This document shows, one piece after another, positions 31,277 through 40,305 of a stretch of 64,000 nt of DNA. The stretch is from NCBI GenBank assembly GCA_022508285.1, contig JAFLVN010000007.1, forward strand, positions 999 through 64,998, given 5' to 3'. The notes beneath the pieces were generated by a model. It had not been told where the DNA came from. It saw only the letters and a program-made list of their open reading frames with translations, and made no database searches. Source of the stretch: Clostridiales bacterium. Lineage in GTDB: Bacteria > Bacillota > Clostridia > Christensenellales > Borkfalkiaceae. How positions within the stretch are numbered: position 1 is the first letter of the stretch; each line of letters opens with the position of its first letter. The position numbers were made by a program, and so were the translations under genes.

Positions 31277-31681
31277 ATGGATAGAAGTACCGGAGAATCG
31301 ATACTGTTTTTCTTGGACAGAATGATTTACGCACGCGAAAAATACAACGAAATTAAGGCAAATGAAGAAGAGCGTAAAACCAGCACCCTGCTTGGTGTCC
31401 GTGCGTTGGTTTACGATATTATTTTGCTGATATTCGTAGTTGGAGCAGCAGCCTTGGCAATTTGGGGTATCACAATGGAATCCGGCTGGAAAATAGCCCT
31501 GTTTATTCTTGCAGGAATTCTATTTATTGCAATGATACCGTATTACGTCCTTGCGTTTAACTTTTCCATCAAACAGCTCTGCCTGAACAAACGCCCGATA
31601 GGATGGATATCACTGCTGCTTCCGATAATACTGACAATTGCAGTTGCCGTTAGTATTACCGTATTTGCTTTTTTAGCATAA
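31277..31681 (+). CDS. Four-TM membrane protein (hypothetical)
   Basis: The track ORF starts at 31106. The ATG at 31277 has GGGAGG (31262-31267) 9 nt upstream and its own promoter. 134 aa with 3-4 hydrophobic helices. Confidence 0.55.
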   Translation: MDRSTGESILFFLDRMIYAREKYNEIKANEEERKTSTLLGVRALVYDIILLIFVVGAAALAIWGITMESGWKIALFILAGILFIAMIPYYVLAFNFSIKQLCLNKRPIGWISLLLPIILTIAVAVSITVFAFLA

Positions 31682-31692
31682 AAACAGTTACA

Positions 31693-31726
31693 AAAAAAGG
31701 ACCTTGTGTGAACAAGGTCCTTTTTA
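31693..31726. terminator. Bidirectional intrinsic terminator
   Basis: AAAAAAAGGACCTTG-tgtgaa-CAAGGTCCTTTTT between convergent genes. Confidence 0.7.
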
Positions 31727-31728
31727 AA

Positions 31729-32013
31729 TTAGTCTGCTTTGAAGGGAAGAAGCGCAGCAATACGTGCACGCTTAATCGCCTTGGAGAGCTCGCGCTGGTG
31801 CTTTGCGCAGGTGCCGCTCATTCTGCGGGGCAGCATTTTGCCGCTTTCGGTTACGAACTTACGAAGACGGGCTACGTCTTTATAGTCGATAACCTCCACC
31901 TTTTCCTGGCAGAAAACGCAAACCTTTCTGCGGGGAATTCTTTTATAGCTCTTTTTAGCGGAAGGCGCTGCGGGTGCAGCCGCCTCCTGATTTACATTTT
32001 TAATTTCTTCCAT
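31729..32013 (-). CDS. rpsR: 30S ribosomal protein S18
   Basis: [57 protein letters not shown] is the S18 signature. Confidence 0.95.
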   Translation of the reverse strand: MEEIKNVNQEAAAPAAPSAKKSYKRIPRRKVCVFCQEKVEVIDYKDVARLRKFVTESGKMLPRRMSGTCAKHQRELSKAIKRARIAALLPFKAD

Positions 32014-32031
32014 GATTAACTCCTTAAAATG

Positions 32032-32463
32032 TTAGAAGGGAATATCGCCGTCGTCGTCAAAAGCCTGCAAAGAGGGCTTTTTATTGCCCGAAGGAGCGCT
32101 ACCGCTCTGCACGGGGAAGCCGTCGTCAATGTCGTCGCCGCCCTGTCCGCGGGGAGTTAAAAACTCAACGTCTTGAGCAACTACGTCAATGCCTGTACGC
32201 TTTATTCCCTGACTGTCTTCATAATTTCTGAGCTCAATCGAGCCCGAAACTGCAACTTTATTGCCTTTTTTTGCAAAGCGTGCAACCGTTTCGCCTAAAC
32301 CTCGCCAAGCCACCACGTTAAAAAAGTCAGTCTTTCTTTCGCCGTCCGAACCCGAATAGGTGCGGTTTACCGCAATGGCAAAGCGGCAGATTTTTATACC
32401 GCCCGCCGTTTCGGTGAGCTCGGGGTCGCGGGTTAAATTCCCGATTAAAAATACTTTGTTCAT
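32032..32463 (-). CDS. ssb: Single-stranded DNA-binding protein
   Basis: MNKVFLIGNLTRDPEL OB-fold N-terminus, a Gly/Pro-rich linker and the acidic DDDGDIPF tip. Confidence 0.95.
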   Translation of the reverse strand: MNKVFLIGNLTRDPELTETAGGIKICRFAIAVNRTYSGSDGERKTDFFNVVAWRGLGETVARFAKKGNKVAVSGSIELRNYEDSQGIKRTGIDVVAQDVEFLTPRGQGGDDIDDGFPVQSGSAPSGNKKPSLQAFDDDGDIPF

Positions 32464-32481
32464 CTTTTTACCCTTTGTGAT

Positions 32482-32766
32482 TTACGCTTTAACGGTAATC
32501 ATTCTTCTCAGTACTTCCAAAGTGAGTCCTGCGATACGGTCAAGCTCTTTGACTACCGCACCCTCCGCTTCGAAAGTAAACACTACGTAATTGCCGTCGG
32601 TCTTGTAGTTGATGGGATAAGCCAGCTTTTTAACACCGAGCTTGTCAACCGATACTACCGTGCCGTTTGCGGACGTAACGACGTCCTCGAACTTCTTCTG
32701 AATTGCATCCTTTGCCTCGTCGGCTACGGAAGAATCCACAACGTAGAGCATTTCGTAAGTTTTCAT
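32482..32766 (-). CDS. rpsF: 30S ribosomal protein S6
   Basis: MKTYEMLYVVDSSV... with GGGAGGTG SD site. The longer track ORF (to 32838) is an upstream in-frame extension through the leader. Confidence 0.9.
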   Translation of the reverse strand: MKTYEMLYVVDSSVADEAKDAIQKKFEDVVTSANGTVVSVDKLGVKKLAYPINYKTDGNYVVFTFEAEGAVVKELDRIAGLTLEVLRRMITVKA

Positions 32767-32869
32767 TTTTTCACCTCCCGGACTTAATCGGCATACCACT
32801 TTCGGCATGCAAGGTTCTGCACGATTGCTCGTGTGCATAGATATTACATTATTTTTAACCTGTTGTCAA
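32767..32869 (-). promoter_or_regulatory. rpsF promoter plus a structured leader (possible S6:S18 autoregulatory leader)
   Basis: The reverse strand reads TTGACA (32864-32869), 17 nt, TAATAT (32841-32846). The ~65-nt leader contains hairpins CACG-agcaat-CGTG and CATGCC-gaaagt-GGTATG. Assigning it to the known rpsF leader class is tentative. Confidence 0.4.
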
Positions 32870-32870
32870 C

Positions 32871-34226
32871 TCATTTTAAACGTATAAGATATACTTTGCA
32901 CGCATAATCAATAAGTTTTTGCCTGTTATTTTCAACTGCGTTTATACAGCAGTCGAAAAGCAACTTTTCAAGAGTTGCTCCCACCTCTGCGGGCGGAAAG
33001 CCCGAATCTATTAAATCGTTGCCCTTTACGTTGAGCTCTCTAAGCGTGAACGGCACGCCCTCGTCAACCATTTTCGCATATATGTTTTTGAGTTTAATAA
33101 CAGACGGAGCGGTATCGGAGTTGTCCTTGCAAGCCGAAAAATCCGCCTGTTTTATTAAAAGGATTTTATCGAATATGTCTATATTTTCAACGATGAACTT
33201 ACGGACTTTATTCTCTTTGGCGTCGCACTTTAAATCGTACATATGCGTCGCAACGAGCCGCACGACCTCCTCCGTAAGTTTTTTGGGCATTTTAAGCCGT
33301 GCGCAAATTTCGGCGGCTATTCTCGCACCCTCCCTGTCGTGCCCCGCAAAGGCATTATACTTGTTCATGCAATAGGGCTTGCCCACGTCGTGCAAAAGAG
33401 CGGCAAGGCGCACGCTTTTGTCTGCATAAGCGGCGCAACGGAGCGAGTGCTCCAAAACGTCGTAATCATGAAAATCTTTACGTTGCACCATTCCCTCACC
33501 CTCGCACAGCTCGGGCAAAAGAATTTGAAGCACGCCTATGTCTTTCAGTATTTTCAGCCCCTTATAATGACCGAGCGTCATTCCGTACCGCTCGTCGGCG
33601 TGCAGAATGAGGTTTAGCTCGGCGGTGACCCTTTCAACCGATACGTCTTGAATTAATTTGCGGTGCTTAAAAGCCGCGTCCATGCAGTCCGCCGAGGGCA
33701 CAAAGCCAGTCTGCGCCGAAATTCGGGCAAGGCGCATAAGCCTTAAACCGTCCTCGCCGAACACCTTTTCGGGCGGAGCGACGGTTGTCAGCCGCTTGTT
33801 TTCTATATCACTCACCCCGCCGAGAGGGTCGACTATACTTCTGTTCTTAATGTCGTAATATATGGCGTTGCACTTGAAGTCTCTGCGGCGGGCGTCTAAA
33901 TTTATATCCTGCGTGAAGAATATATTTGTCGGCACGTGCTCGCCCCGCACGTATTCGTCCGAGCGGAAACAGGTGAACTCGAAATCGTCCTCTCCGCACT
34001 CGATTTTAACCGTGCCCGTGTTTTTATAACACGCCGTAACAATAAATCCGCAGCTTTTCGCCCGTTCGGTGAAGTCCTCGGCGGAAGCGGGAGCGCAGAT
34101 ATCCGTGTCCACCTTGTCGGGATTGAGTCCCGCAAGAAAATCCCGCACTCGACCTCCCACCACGTAAAGGGGATACGGGCAGTTTTCGGCAAGACGTATT
34201 AAGCTTTGAGGCAGAGTATTTATCAT
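32871..34226 (-). CDS. cca: CCA-adding enzyme / tRNA nucleotidyltransferase with HD domain
   Basis: PLYVVGGRVRDFLAG polymerase-beta head, RRDFKCNAIYY, and an HD domain (LLHDVGKP). Confidence 0.85.
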   Translation of the reverse strand: MINTLPQSLIRLAENCPYPLYVVGGRVRDFLAGLNPDKVDTDICAPASAEDFTERAKSCGFIVTACYKNTGTVKIECGEDDFEFTCFRSDEYVRGEHVPTNIFFTQDINLDARRRDFKCNAIYYDIKNRSIVDPLGGVSDIENKRLTTVAPPEKVFGEDGLRLMRLARISAQTGFVPSADCMDAAFKHRKLIQDVSVERVTAELNLILHADERYGMTLGHYKGLKILKDIGVLQILLPELCEGEGMVQRKDFHDYDVLEHSLRCAAYADKSVRLAALLHDVGKPYCMNKYNAFAGHDREGARIAAEICARLKMPKKLTEEVVRLVATHMYDLKCDAKENKVRKFIVENIDIFDKILLIKQADFSACKDNSDTAPSVIKLKNIYAKMVDEGVPFTLRELNVKGNDLIDSGFPPAEVGATLEKLLFDCCINAVENNRQKLIDYACKVYLIRLK

Positions 34227-34375
34227 TTATCCCTCTACGGAAGTTATTTTAGATATACAAAAGTATTATACCAAGATTTTATTTTAATTGCAATTTATTT
34301 GAATATGTTATATAATTAGATAAAACAACTGATAAGGAAAGTATTTCCGCATTTAACTGCGGAGATGCAAAAGAT

Positions 34376-35245
34376 ATGCACTACATTATTGCAAACGAAT
34401 TACACTTTAAAGGAAAAGCCGCCCGAAAGCTCGACACGGTGAAATCCGTTTTCGACAGGGCTGGCATTGAATACCAAGTACTTTTTACCACCCATAAAGG
34501 ACATGCAACGGAGTATGCCAAAAGCATTACCGCAGGGAAGGGTCACACGCTGATTGCAATGGGCGGCGACGGCACACTGCACGAAATTTTAAACGGCTTT
34601 GAAAACTTCGAAAACAACGCTCTGGGGCTCATCCCTTTCGGAACGGGCAACGACTTTGCCGCCGCTGCGGGCATACCCTCAGACGTAAGACAGGCAGCAG
34701 AAAAAATAGCTTTCAAAGATCCCACGTATATCGACTTTATTCAGCTCTCATCGGGACTGCGCTCACTCAACGTTGTGGGCATGGGTATTGACGTGGACGT
34801 ACTCGAGCGCACCTATGCCGGCAAATCCCACGGCAGGTCTAAATATTTCCGCTCGCTTATTGCAAGTCTTTTCAAATTCAAAAGCTGCAACTTTACCGTA
34901 GAGTACGACGGAAAAATCGAAAAACACTACGGACTTATCGCCGCACTTGGAAACGGCAGGCAGTTCGGCGGCGGCATAAAAATCTGCCCCGAGGCGAAGA
35001 TTGACGACGGATATATGGATATGATTATAGTAGACTACATATCCCGCCCCAAACTCATTGCCGCACTTATAAAGCTTATGCGTGGCAAGGTGAACAGCAT
35101 AAAAGAGGCAACGGTAGCCAAGGTTAAGTCGGCAAAATTTATTATGGACAACCCCGAATTTACCATACAGGCGGAGGGCGAACTCTATAAAAACGTGCCC
35201 ATTGACGCAAGTATAGTTACGGACAAACTCAAATTTTATTTATGA
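34376..35245 (+). CDS. Diacylglycerol/lipid kinase family protein (YegS/BmrU type)
   Basis: LIAMGGDGTLHEILNG and IPFGTGNDFA motifs. 289 aa. Confidence 0.85.
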   Translation: MHYIIANELHFKGKAARKLDTVKSVFDRAGIEYQVLFTTHKGHATEYAKSITAGKGHTLIAMGGDGTLHEILNGFENFENNALGLIPFGTGNDFAAAAGIPSDVRQAAEKIAFKDPTYIDFIQLSSGLRSLNVVGMGIDVDVLERTYAGKSHGRSKYFRSLIASLFKFKSCNFTVEYDGKIEKHYGLIAALGNGRQFGGGIKICPEAKIDDGYMDMIIVDYISRPKLIAALIKLMRGKVNSIKEATVAKVKSAKFIMDNPEFTIQAEGELYKNVPIDASIVTDKLKFYL

Positions 35246-36315
35246 CCGAAAAATATTTAAGACGGATGATTGACGGCGTTAAGGTTGCCGTGATAGCCGT
35301 CGACCAAAACTTAAAAACCACATATGCTAACACCGCCTTCCGCACGCTGTTTTCACAGGGTAAGACACGTGGCAGTCTTGGAAAACTTACAGGCTGTGCC
35401 GAATGTCAAAAGAACTGCAACGATGCGGACGGTTGCCGGGGCTGCGGACTTTCCGCAGCTTTCGAGGATGCGTTTTTATCCAACCGGGAGGTATCAAGGC
35501 GGGTATATCAGCGGGTTAAGCAGGGCGAAAGCGTGCACGAAGTTACCTATACTTTAACCGTCACCCCCATAGGCGGCGGTATGTGCATGGGCACTGTTGA
35601 CGACGCCTTCGAGCTTGAAATTGCCCGAGAGCTTCAAACGGCTAAAAACATTCAGCAGCGGCTTCTGCCAGCAGGCAAATGGGCGGGCGGAAAGAGATAC
35701 GCCTACGCATATATCCCCTGCCGTGATATAGGCGGCGACTTGCCCGACGTGTACACGGTGGACGGCAAAGCTTGCGGAATGATTGCCGACGTTTCGGGCA
35801 AGGGAGTTGCCGCAGGCATGCTTTCGGCGTTTGTAAAGGCGGCGTACGATAAATCCACTCCCTCACCCGCTCAGGCGATAGCAAACCTCAACGACAAGTT
35901 TAAAGAGCTCAACCTTGACGAGAGAAATTACGTGACGGTTGCGGCGGTGAGAATTGACGAAGACAGCATAACCTACTCAATGGCGGGACACAACGTGCCC
36001 ATACTTTTAAAAACGGCGGGCGGCGTAACTCGGATTATGTTAAACTCCCCTCCCGTTTCAAACTGGTTCGACCGCACAAACTACTTCGACGACACAATTC
36101 CCTATAAGAGCGGGGATATCCTCGTTCTATTGACGGACGGCGTAACCGAGTGCCGTGGCGCACACGGCGAAATGTTCGGCGTGGATGGCGCAATAAAGAC
36201 CTTAAGCTACTCCAAGACGGCAGACGACTTTATAAAAAATCTTGAAACCAATTTGCGCAGCTTCTGCCCCACTCCCCTAAACGACGACATAACGGCAGTA
36301 GCCTTCGACCTATAA
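35242..36315 (+). CDS. PP2C/SpoIIE-family serine phosphatase with an N-terminal Cys-rich PAS-like sensor domain
   Basis: The C-terminal half has IGGDLPDVY...ADVSGKGVAAGMLSAF...LLTDGVTE...DDITAVAF (PPM/SpoIIE signatures). The N-terminus has C-x2-C-x3-C-x5-C-x2-C. The ATGA start overlaps the kinase stop. Confidence 0.8.
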   Translation: MTEKYLRRMIDGVKVAVIAVDQNLKTTYANTAFRTLFSQGKTRGSLGKLTGCAECQKNCNDADGCRGCGLSAAFEDAFLSNREVSRRVYQRVKQGESVHEVTYTLTVTPIGGGMCMGTVDDAFELEIARELQTAKNIQQRLLPAGKWAGGKRYAYAYIPCRDIGGDLPDVYTVDGKACGMIADVSGKGVAAGMLSAFVKAAYDKSTPSPAQAIANLNDKFKELNLDERNYVTVAAVRIDEDSITYSMAGHNVPILLKTAGGVTRIMLNSPPVSNWFDRTNYFDDTIPYKSGDILVLLTDGVTECRGAHGEMFGVDGAIKTLSYSKTADDFIKNLETNLRSFCPTPLNDDITAVAFDL

Positions 36316-36400
36316 GCGGCGTGTCGCCGACGGGGTGTCCCCGTTGCCGAATATCTTTATTGCAATACGCTTGACAAACTTTATCTCATATCAAACGAAA

Positions 36401-36426
36401 CGGGCGACCCGAAATCGGGTCGCCCG
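36401..36426. terminator. Bidirectional hairpin terminator
   Basis: CGGGCGACCC-gaaatc-GGGTCGCCCG between the convergent phosphatase and dxs genes. Confidence 0.6.
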
Positions 36427-36448
36427 CTGATTTTATATATGTTTTGAA

Positions 36449-38275
36449 TTAAAAGCTTTTTTTAAGTTCTTCGGCAATCTGTTCGGGGGCAAAGCCGTGT
36501 GCGGCGAAAAGGTCGCATAGCGAGCCGTGCTCCACAAAGTTGTGCAGTGCTCGCACACATACCTTTTTACCAAGACCTATAAAGTGCGATAAAAGCTTTT
36601 GCGCCATTCCGCCCTCGTATATGCCCTCTTCCAAAAGATAGATATTCTTTGCCGAGATTGTAAGACTGTTCAGCTCCTCTAAATCGAAAGGAAAAGCCCG
36701 TACAAGCCGCACTATGCCCGTATCACCGCTTATACACGAATAGGCGTTTGCGGCAATTCTGCCGTAGGTAACTATAACTGTTTGCTTGTTTTGCACGTCC
36801 TCGGTATAGGCTATATTGCCGCTATCCGTGTACAACCATTCGTGCGGCGGCATTTCCCTGCCCTTGGGGTAGCGTACTATCTGCAAGCCCTCTCCGTCCG
36901 CCGCTTTTTGCATGCAGGTGTCGAGTTCCGGAAAGGTTGCGGGCGAATATATTGTAACTTCGGGCAATGTAGAAAACAGAGAATAGTCGAATATACCCTG
37001 ATGGGTTACGCCGTCTCCCTCCACAAAGCCGCACCTGTCTAACGCCAAAATAAAGTGCAGATTGTTGAGAGCCACGTCCTGAAAGAGCTGGTCGTACGCC
37101 CTCTGCGCAAAAGTAGAATATATTGCGCATACGGGCAATTTGCCTGCGGCAGCAAGCCCTGCGCCGAAGGTTACGGCGTGTTCCTCGGCTATGCCCACGT
37201 CAAAAAATCTGTCGGGGAAATTCTTTTCAAACTCCGTGAGCCCCGTGCCCGCACCCATGGCGGCGGTTATAGCGCAAACTCTTTTATCTCTGTCCGCAAG
37301 TCCGCTCATAAATTTACCGAACCTGTTGGAATAAGTTTCGGATTCACCCCCACATATGCCCTTTTCAATATCAAACGGCGACACGGAGTGGTATTTTTCG
37401 GGCTCAGCTTCGGCAAAGGGATATCCCAGTCCCTTTTTAGTGTAGATATGAACCACACAGCACGAATTGCGCCGCTTGGCTTCGGCAAGCACCGAGCAGG
37501 TGCGTTTAACGTCGTTGCCGTCAACCGGACCGATGTACTGAAGCCCCAGATTTTCAAACATGTTTTTCTTTAAAACTATGTTTTTAATGGCGTTTTTCGT
37601 CTTTCTGCCCAACCATATAAACGCTTTGCCGAGAAGTGGAATTTTGCGAAGAAAACGCTGTAATCCGTGCTTAAAACGGAAATATCCTGCGCTCGAGCGC
37701 ATGCGGCGGAAGGAATTATTCATGCCGCCGATATTTTTGGATATGGACATTTCGTTGTCGTTTAAAAGTATGATAAGGCGCAGGTTTTTTTCGGCGCAGT
37801 TGTTCAGCGCCTCGTAAATCATGCCGTTGGTGAACGCACCGTCGCCCACCACCGCCACAGTATAATTTTCTTTGCCGTCGAGCGAGTCTGATACGGCAAA
37901 GGCGAGAGCTTCGGAAAGGCTTGAACCGCAGTGCCCCTGAACGCAGGGGTCGTGCTCGCTCTCCGCAGGGTTTGAAAATCCCGAAATCCCTCCCGATTTT
38001 CTCAGGGTAGAAAACTTATCGTACCTGCCTGTAAGCAGCTTATGAACGTAACTTTGGTGGCTGACGTCGAAAATTATTCTGTCATCAGGGGAATCGAAAA
38101 CCTTGTGCAACGCCAAAGTCGCCTCGACAATGCCGAGGTTAGACGAAAGGTGTCCGCCGTTTGAAGCGGTTGTATTCAATATTTCTCTGCGGATTTCGGC
38201 GGCAAGCTCTTTAAGCTCACCTACCTTAAGCTCCTTTATATCCGCAGGACTTTTAACGTTTTCGAGCATTCCCAT
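36449..38275 (-). CDS. dxs: 1-deoxy-D-xylulose-5-phosphate synthase
   Basis: GGHLSSNLGIVEATLALH, the thiamine-diphosphate motif GDGAFTNGMIYEALNN, and the transketolase-like C-terminus. I prefer the ATG at 38275 (MGMLENV) because the longer track ORF would overlap the response regulator gene. Confidence 0.92.
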   Translation of the reverse strand: MGMLENVKSPADIKELKVGELKELAAEIRREILNTTASNGGHLSSNLGIVEATLALHKVFDSPDDRIIFDVSHQSYVHKLLTGRYDKFSTLRKSGGISGFSNPAESEHDPCVQGHCGSSLSEALAFAVSDSLDGKENYTVAVVGDGAFTNGMIYEALNNCAEKNLRLIILLNDNEMSISKNIGGMNNSFRRMRSSAGYFRFKHGLQRFLRKIPLLGKAFIWLGRKTKNAIKNIVLKKNMFENLGLQYIGPVDGNDVKRTCSVLAEAKRRNSCCVVHIYTKKGLGYPFAEAEPEKYHSVSPFDIEKGICGGESETYSNRFGKFMSGLADRDKRVCAITAAMGAGTGLTEFEKNFPDRFFDVGIAEEHAVTFGAGLAAAGKLPVCAIYSTFAQRAYDQLFQDVALNNLHFILALDRCGFVEGDGVTHQGIFDYSLFSTLPEVTIYSPATFPELDTCMQKAADGEGLQIVRYPKGREMPPHEWLYTDSGNIAYTEDVQNKQTVIVTYGRIAANAYSCISGDTGIVRLVRAFPFDLEELNSLTISAKNIYLLEEGIYEGGMAQKLLSHFIGLGKKVCVRALHNFVEHGSLCDLFAAHGFAPEQIAEELKKSF

Positions 38276-38285
38276 AAATACGTAT

Positions 38286-38924
38286 TTACATTGCCGCCTT
38301 GATTTTTTCGGCTGCGGCTCCACGCCCGTCTACGCCGAGCTTTAAATATATTGCGCTGATATAGTTGCGGGCAGTGCCGTCGGTGAGCTTGAGCGCATTG
38401 GCAATCTGACGGTTGGTAAAGCCGTCGGCTATCATAAGAGCAATCTCCACTTCCCTGTCAGAAAAGGCGAACGCCTTTTTCACCTTTATCTTTTTATCGT
38501 CGGCAACCATTGCAGCGGCACTCGTTATCTTTCTTGCAATCTTCACGGGGAGAATAGTGTCGCCCGCATAGGCGTTTTTTACGGCGTCGATGAGTGCGTT
38601 TGCGCTGATATCCTTTAAAAGGTAGCCGCTTGCGCCGTTGTTTATCGCACTCAGAATATAGTCGCTGTCGTCAAAAGTGGTTAAAATAACTATCTTTATA
38701 TTCTCGTCAAATTCTTTTATCCTTTTGGTTGCAACGACGCCGTTCATATTGGGCATACGTATATCCATGAGCACCACGTCGGGAGTTTCCTTTTTGCATG
38801 CTTCCAAAGCCTCCGCTCCGTCGAGCGCTATTCCGCACACCCTTATATCGTCCGAAGTCTGCAATACTGACTTAATGCCTTCGGCTAAAATCATTTGGTC
38901 GTCCACAAGCAATACTTTAATCAT
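38286..38924 (-). CDS. NarL/LuxR-family response regulator
   Basis: The receiver domain (VLLVDDQ...DVVLMDIRMPNMNG) is followed by a LuxR HTH (SDREVEIALMIADGFTNRQIANALKLTDGTARNYISAIYLKLG). Confidence 0.9.
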   Translation of the reverse strand: MIKVLLVDDQMILAEGIKSVLQTSDDIRVCGIALDGAEALEACKKETPDVVLMDIRMPNMNGVVATKRIKEFDENIKIVILTTFDDSDYILSAINNGASGYLLKDISANALIDAVKNAYAGDTILPVKIARKITSAAAMVADDKKIKVKKAFAFSDREVEIALMIADGFTNRQIANALKLTDGTARNYISAIYLKLGVDGRGAAAEKIKAAM

Positions 38925-40185
38925 TTTCTACCTCGTTCTGCACATACGTGTTGAGTTTTTGCCCGTCCGCAGGCAAGCTTATAAGCACTTCAAAGCCTTC
39001 GTCCTTTTCGGCTGTAAAGGTACATGTACCGCCGAAAGCCGCAACGCCGTCCTTTATTCCCGTAAGACCAAAACCCGCTTTAATCTCCCCCTCAACACCC
39101 GAACCGTTGTCCGAAACGTAGAGAGTGAGCCCGCCGTTTTCCTCTTTCAATTCTATATAGAAGGCTGTCGCTCTGCCGTGGCGTATGCCGTTGGCAAGGC
39201 ATTCCTTTAAGCTGTTGCATATAAAACGGTATTGCTCTTCGCCGGGGTCGGCGTCCGAAACGTCGTACCTCGCCTTGATATCCGTGCCGTCTATGGTCTG
39301 TGCGATTATAGATTCAATCTCCTCTCTAAGAGGCAGAGTTTTGCCTCTTCCCGCCAAAAGGTGCACGCTTTCGCGCATCTGCTCGAGGGCGTTGCGCGCC
39401 TGAATATTTGCCGATATTATGCGGTTTTTAGCCTCTTCGGGGTCCTTATCCATCAAAAGCTTTGCCGCCTCTGTCTGCATGATTACGGTAGTCATGGAGT
39501 GACCGGCGTTGTCGTGAATATCCTTTGCAATACGGTTGCGCTCCTCGAATACCGCAGTTTCGGAAAGCTGTTTCGAAGCGGCTTCGAGCGCTGTGCGGCT
39601 CTCGTCCGCCTCTTTGAGCGCTTGCGAAAGCTCCTTGTTCGTCCTTAAAAAGCTCAATAAAAACTGTACTACTATAAAGTCTATCGTAATAAAGAGAAGC
39701 CCTAAAAGTGCGCCGCTGAAAATGTCAACGGCGGAATTGAATATTGATGAGCCGACGTTTTTCAGCACCCAGCCCACTACGAAGGATATGAGATAAAGTC
39801 CGCAACTGAAGCCGAACAGAATGAGCTTATCGGTAAACTTCTCTATACTCATATATAACTGTGTCAGTACCACGCAGTAAAGTGCGGCAAGCAGCGAGTT
39901 ACCCGTGAATATACAAATTACAAGCAGCAGTGCGGCGTCCGCACCGAAAAAAACCATCTTTGCCCAAAACTTTTTAATTGCAAAGCTGTCTATCGACTCC
40001 ACCACAGCCAGCGCAACGCAGCACGCCACTACGATTACAAGGTCGGCAACAAAATCGATGAGCACGTTCTCCCTGCTCACCGTCTGTGCGCACACGATAA
40101 CCTCGGTGATTACGAGAAGGGCAATAAGAATAATCTTAACGTAATTTATGAATTTTTCGGAGTAAAAATTAATTCTTACCCTCAT
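38917..40185 (-). CDS. HisKA_3-type sensor histidine kinase with a multi-TM, intramembrane-sensing style N-terminus
   Basis: About 5-6 TM helices with almost no extracellular loop. H-box RIAKDIHDNAGHSMT and ATPase motifs (NGIRHG, DNGSG, GFGLTGI). It overlaps the regulator start by 8 nt. Confidence 0.85.
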   Translation of the reverse strand: MRVRINFYSEKFINYVKIILIALLVITEVIVCAQTVSRENVLIDFVADLVIVVACCVALAVVESIDSFAIKKFWAKMVFFGADAALLLVICIFTGNSLLAALYCVVLTQLYMSIEKFTDKLILFGFSCGLYLISFVVGWVLKNVGSSIFNSAVDIFSGALLGLLFITIDFIVVQFLLSFLRTNKELSQALKEADESRTALEAASKQLSETAVFEERNRIAKDIHDNAGHSMTTVIMQTEAAKLLMDKDPEEAKNRIISANIQARNALEQMRESVHLLAGRGKTLPLREEIESIIAQTIDGTDIKARYDVSDADPGEEQYRFICNSLKECLANGIRHGRATAFYIELKEENGGLTLYVSDNGSGVEGEIKAGFGLTGIKDGVAAFGGTCTFTAEKDEGFEVLISLPADGQKLNTYVQNEVEND

Positions 40186-40305
40186 ATGAGCCCGCCGTTC
40201 GAAAAATTTAATTCAAGTTAAAATTACTTGTTAAATTCATTTTACCATAAAATAAAAAAAGTGTATAATGTTTTTAATAATAATTTTAAAGGACGGTGTG
40301 AAGAT

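Noticed and set aside
32767-32838. N-terminal extensions offered by the ORF track (rpsF to 32838, dxs to 38323, M20 peptidase from 40228, membrane protein from 31106, XRE from 62487, GNAT to 7803, uL15-like protein to 58629)
   Set aside because: In each case an internal start has a proper Shine-Dalgarno site or promoter and matches the conserved family N-terminus. The extensions run through leaders, operators or neighbouring genes.
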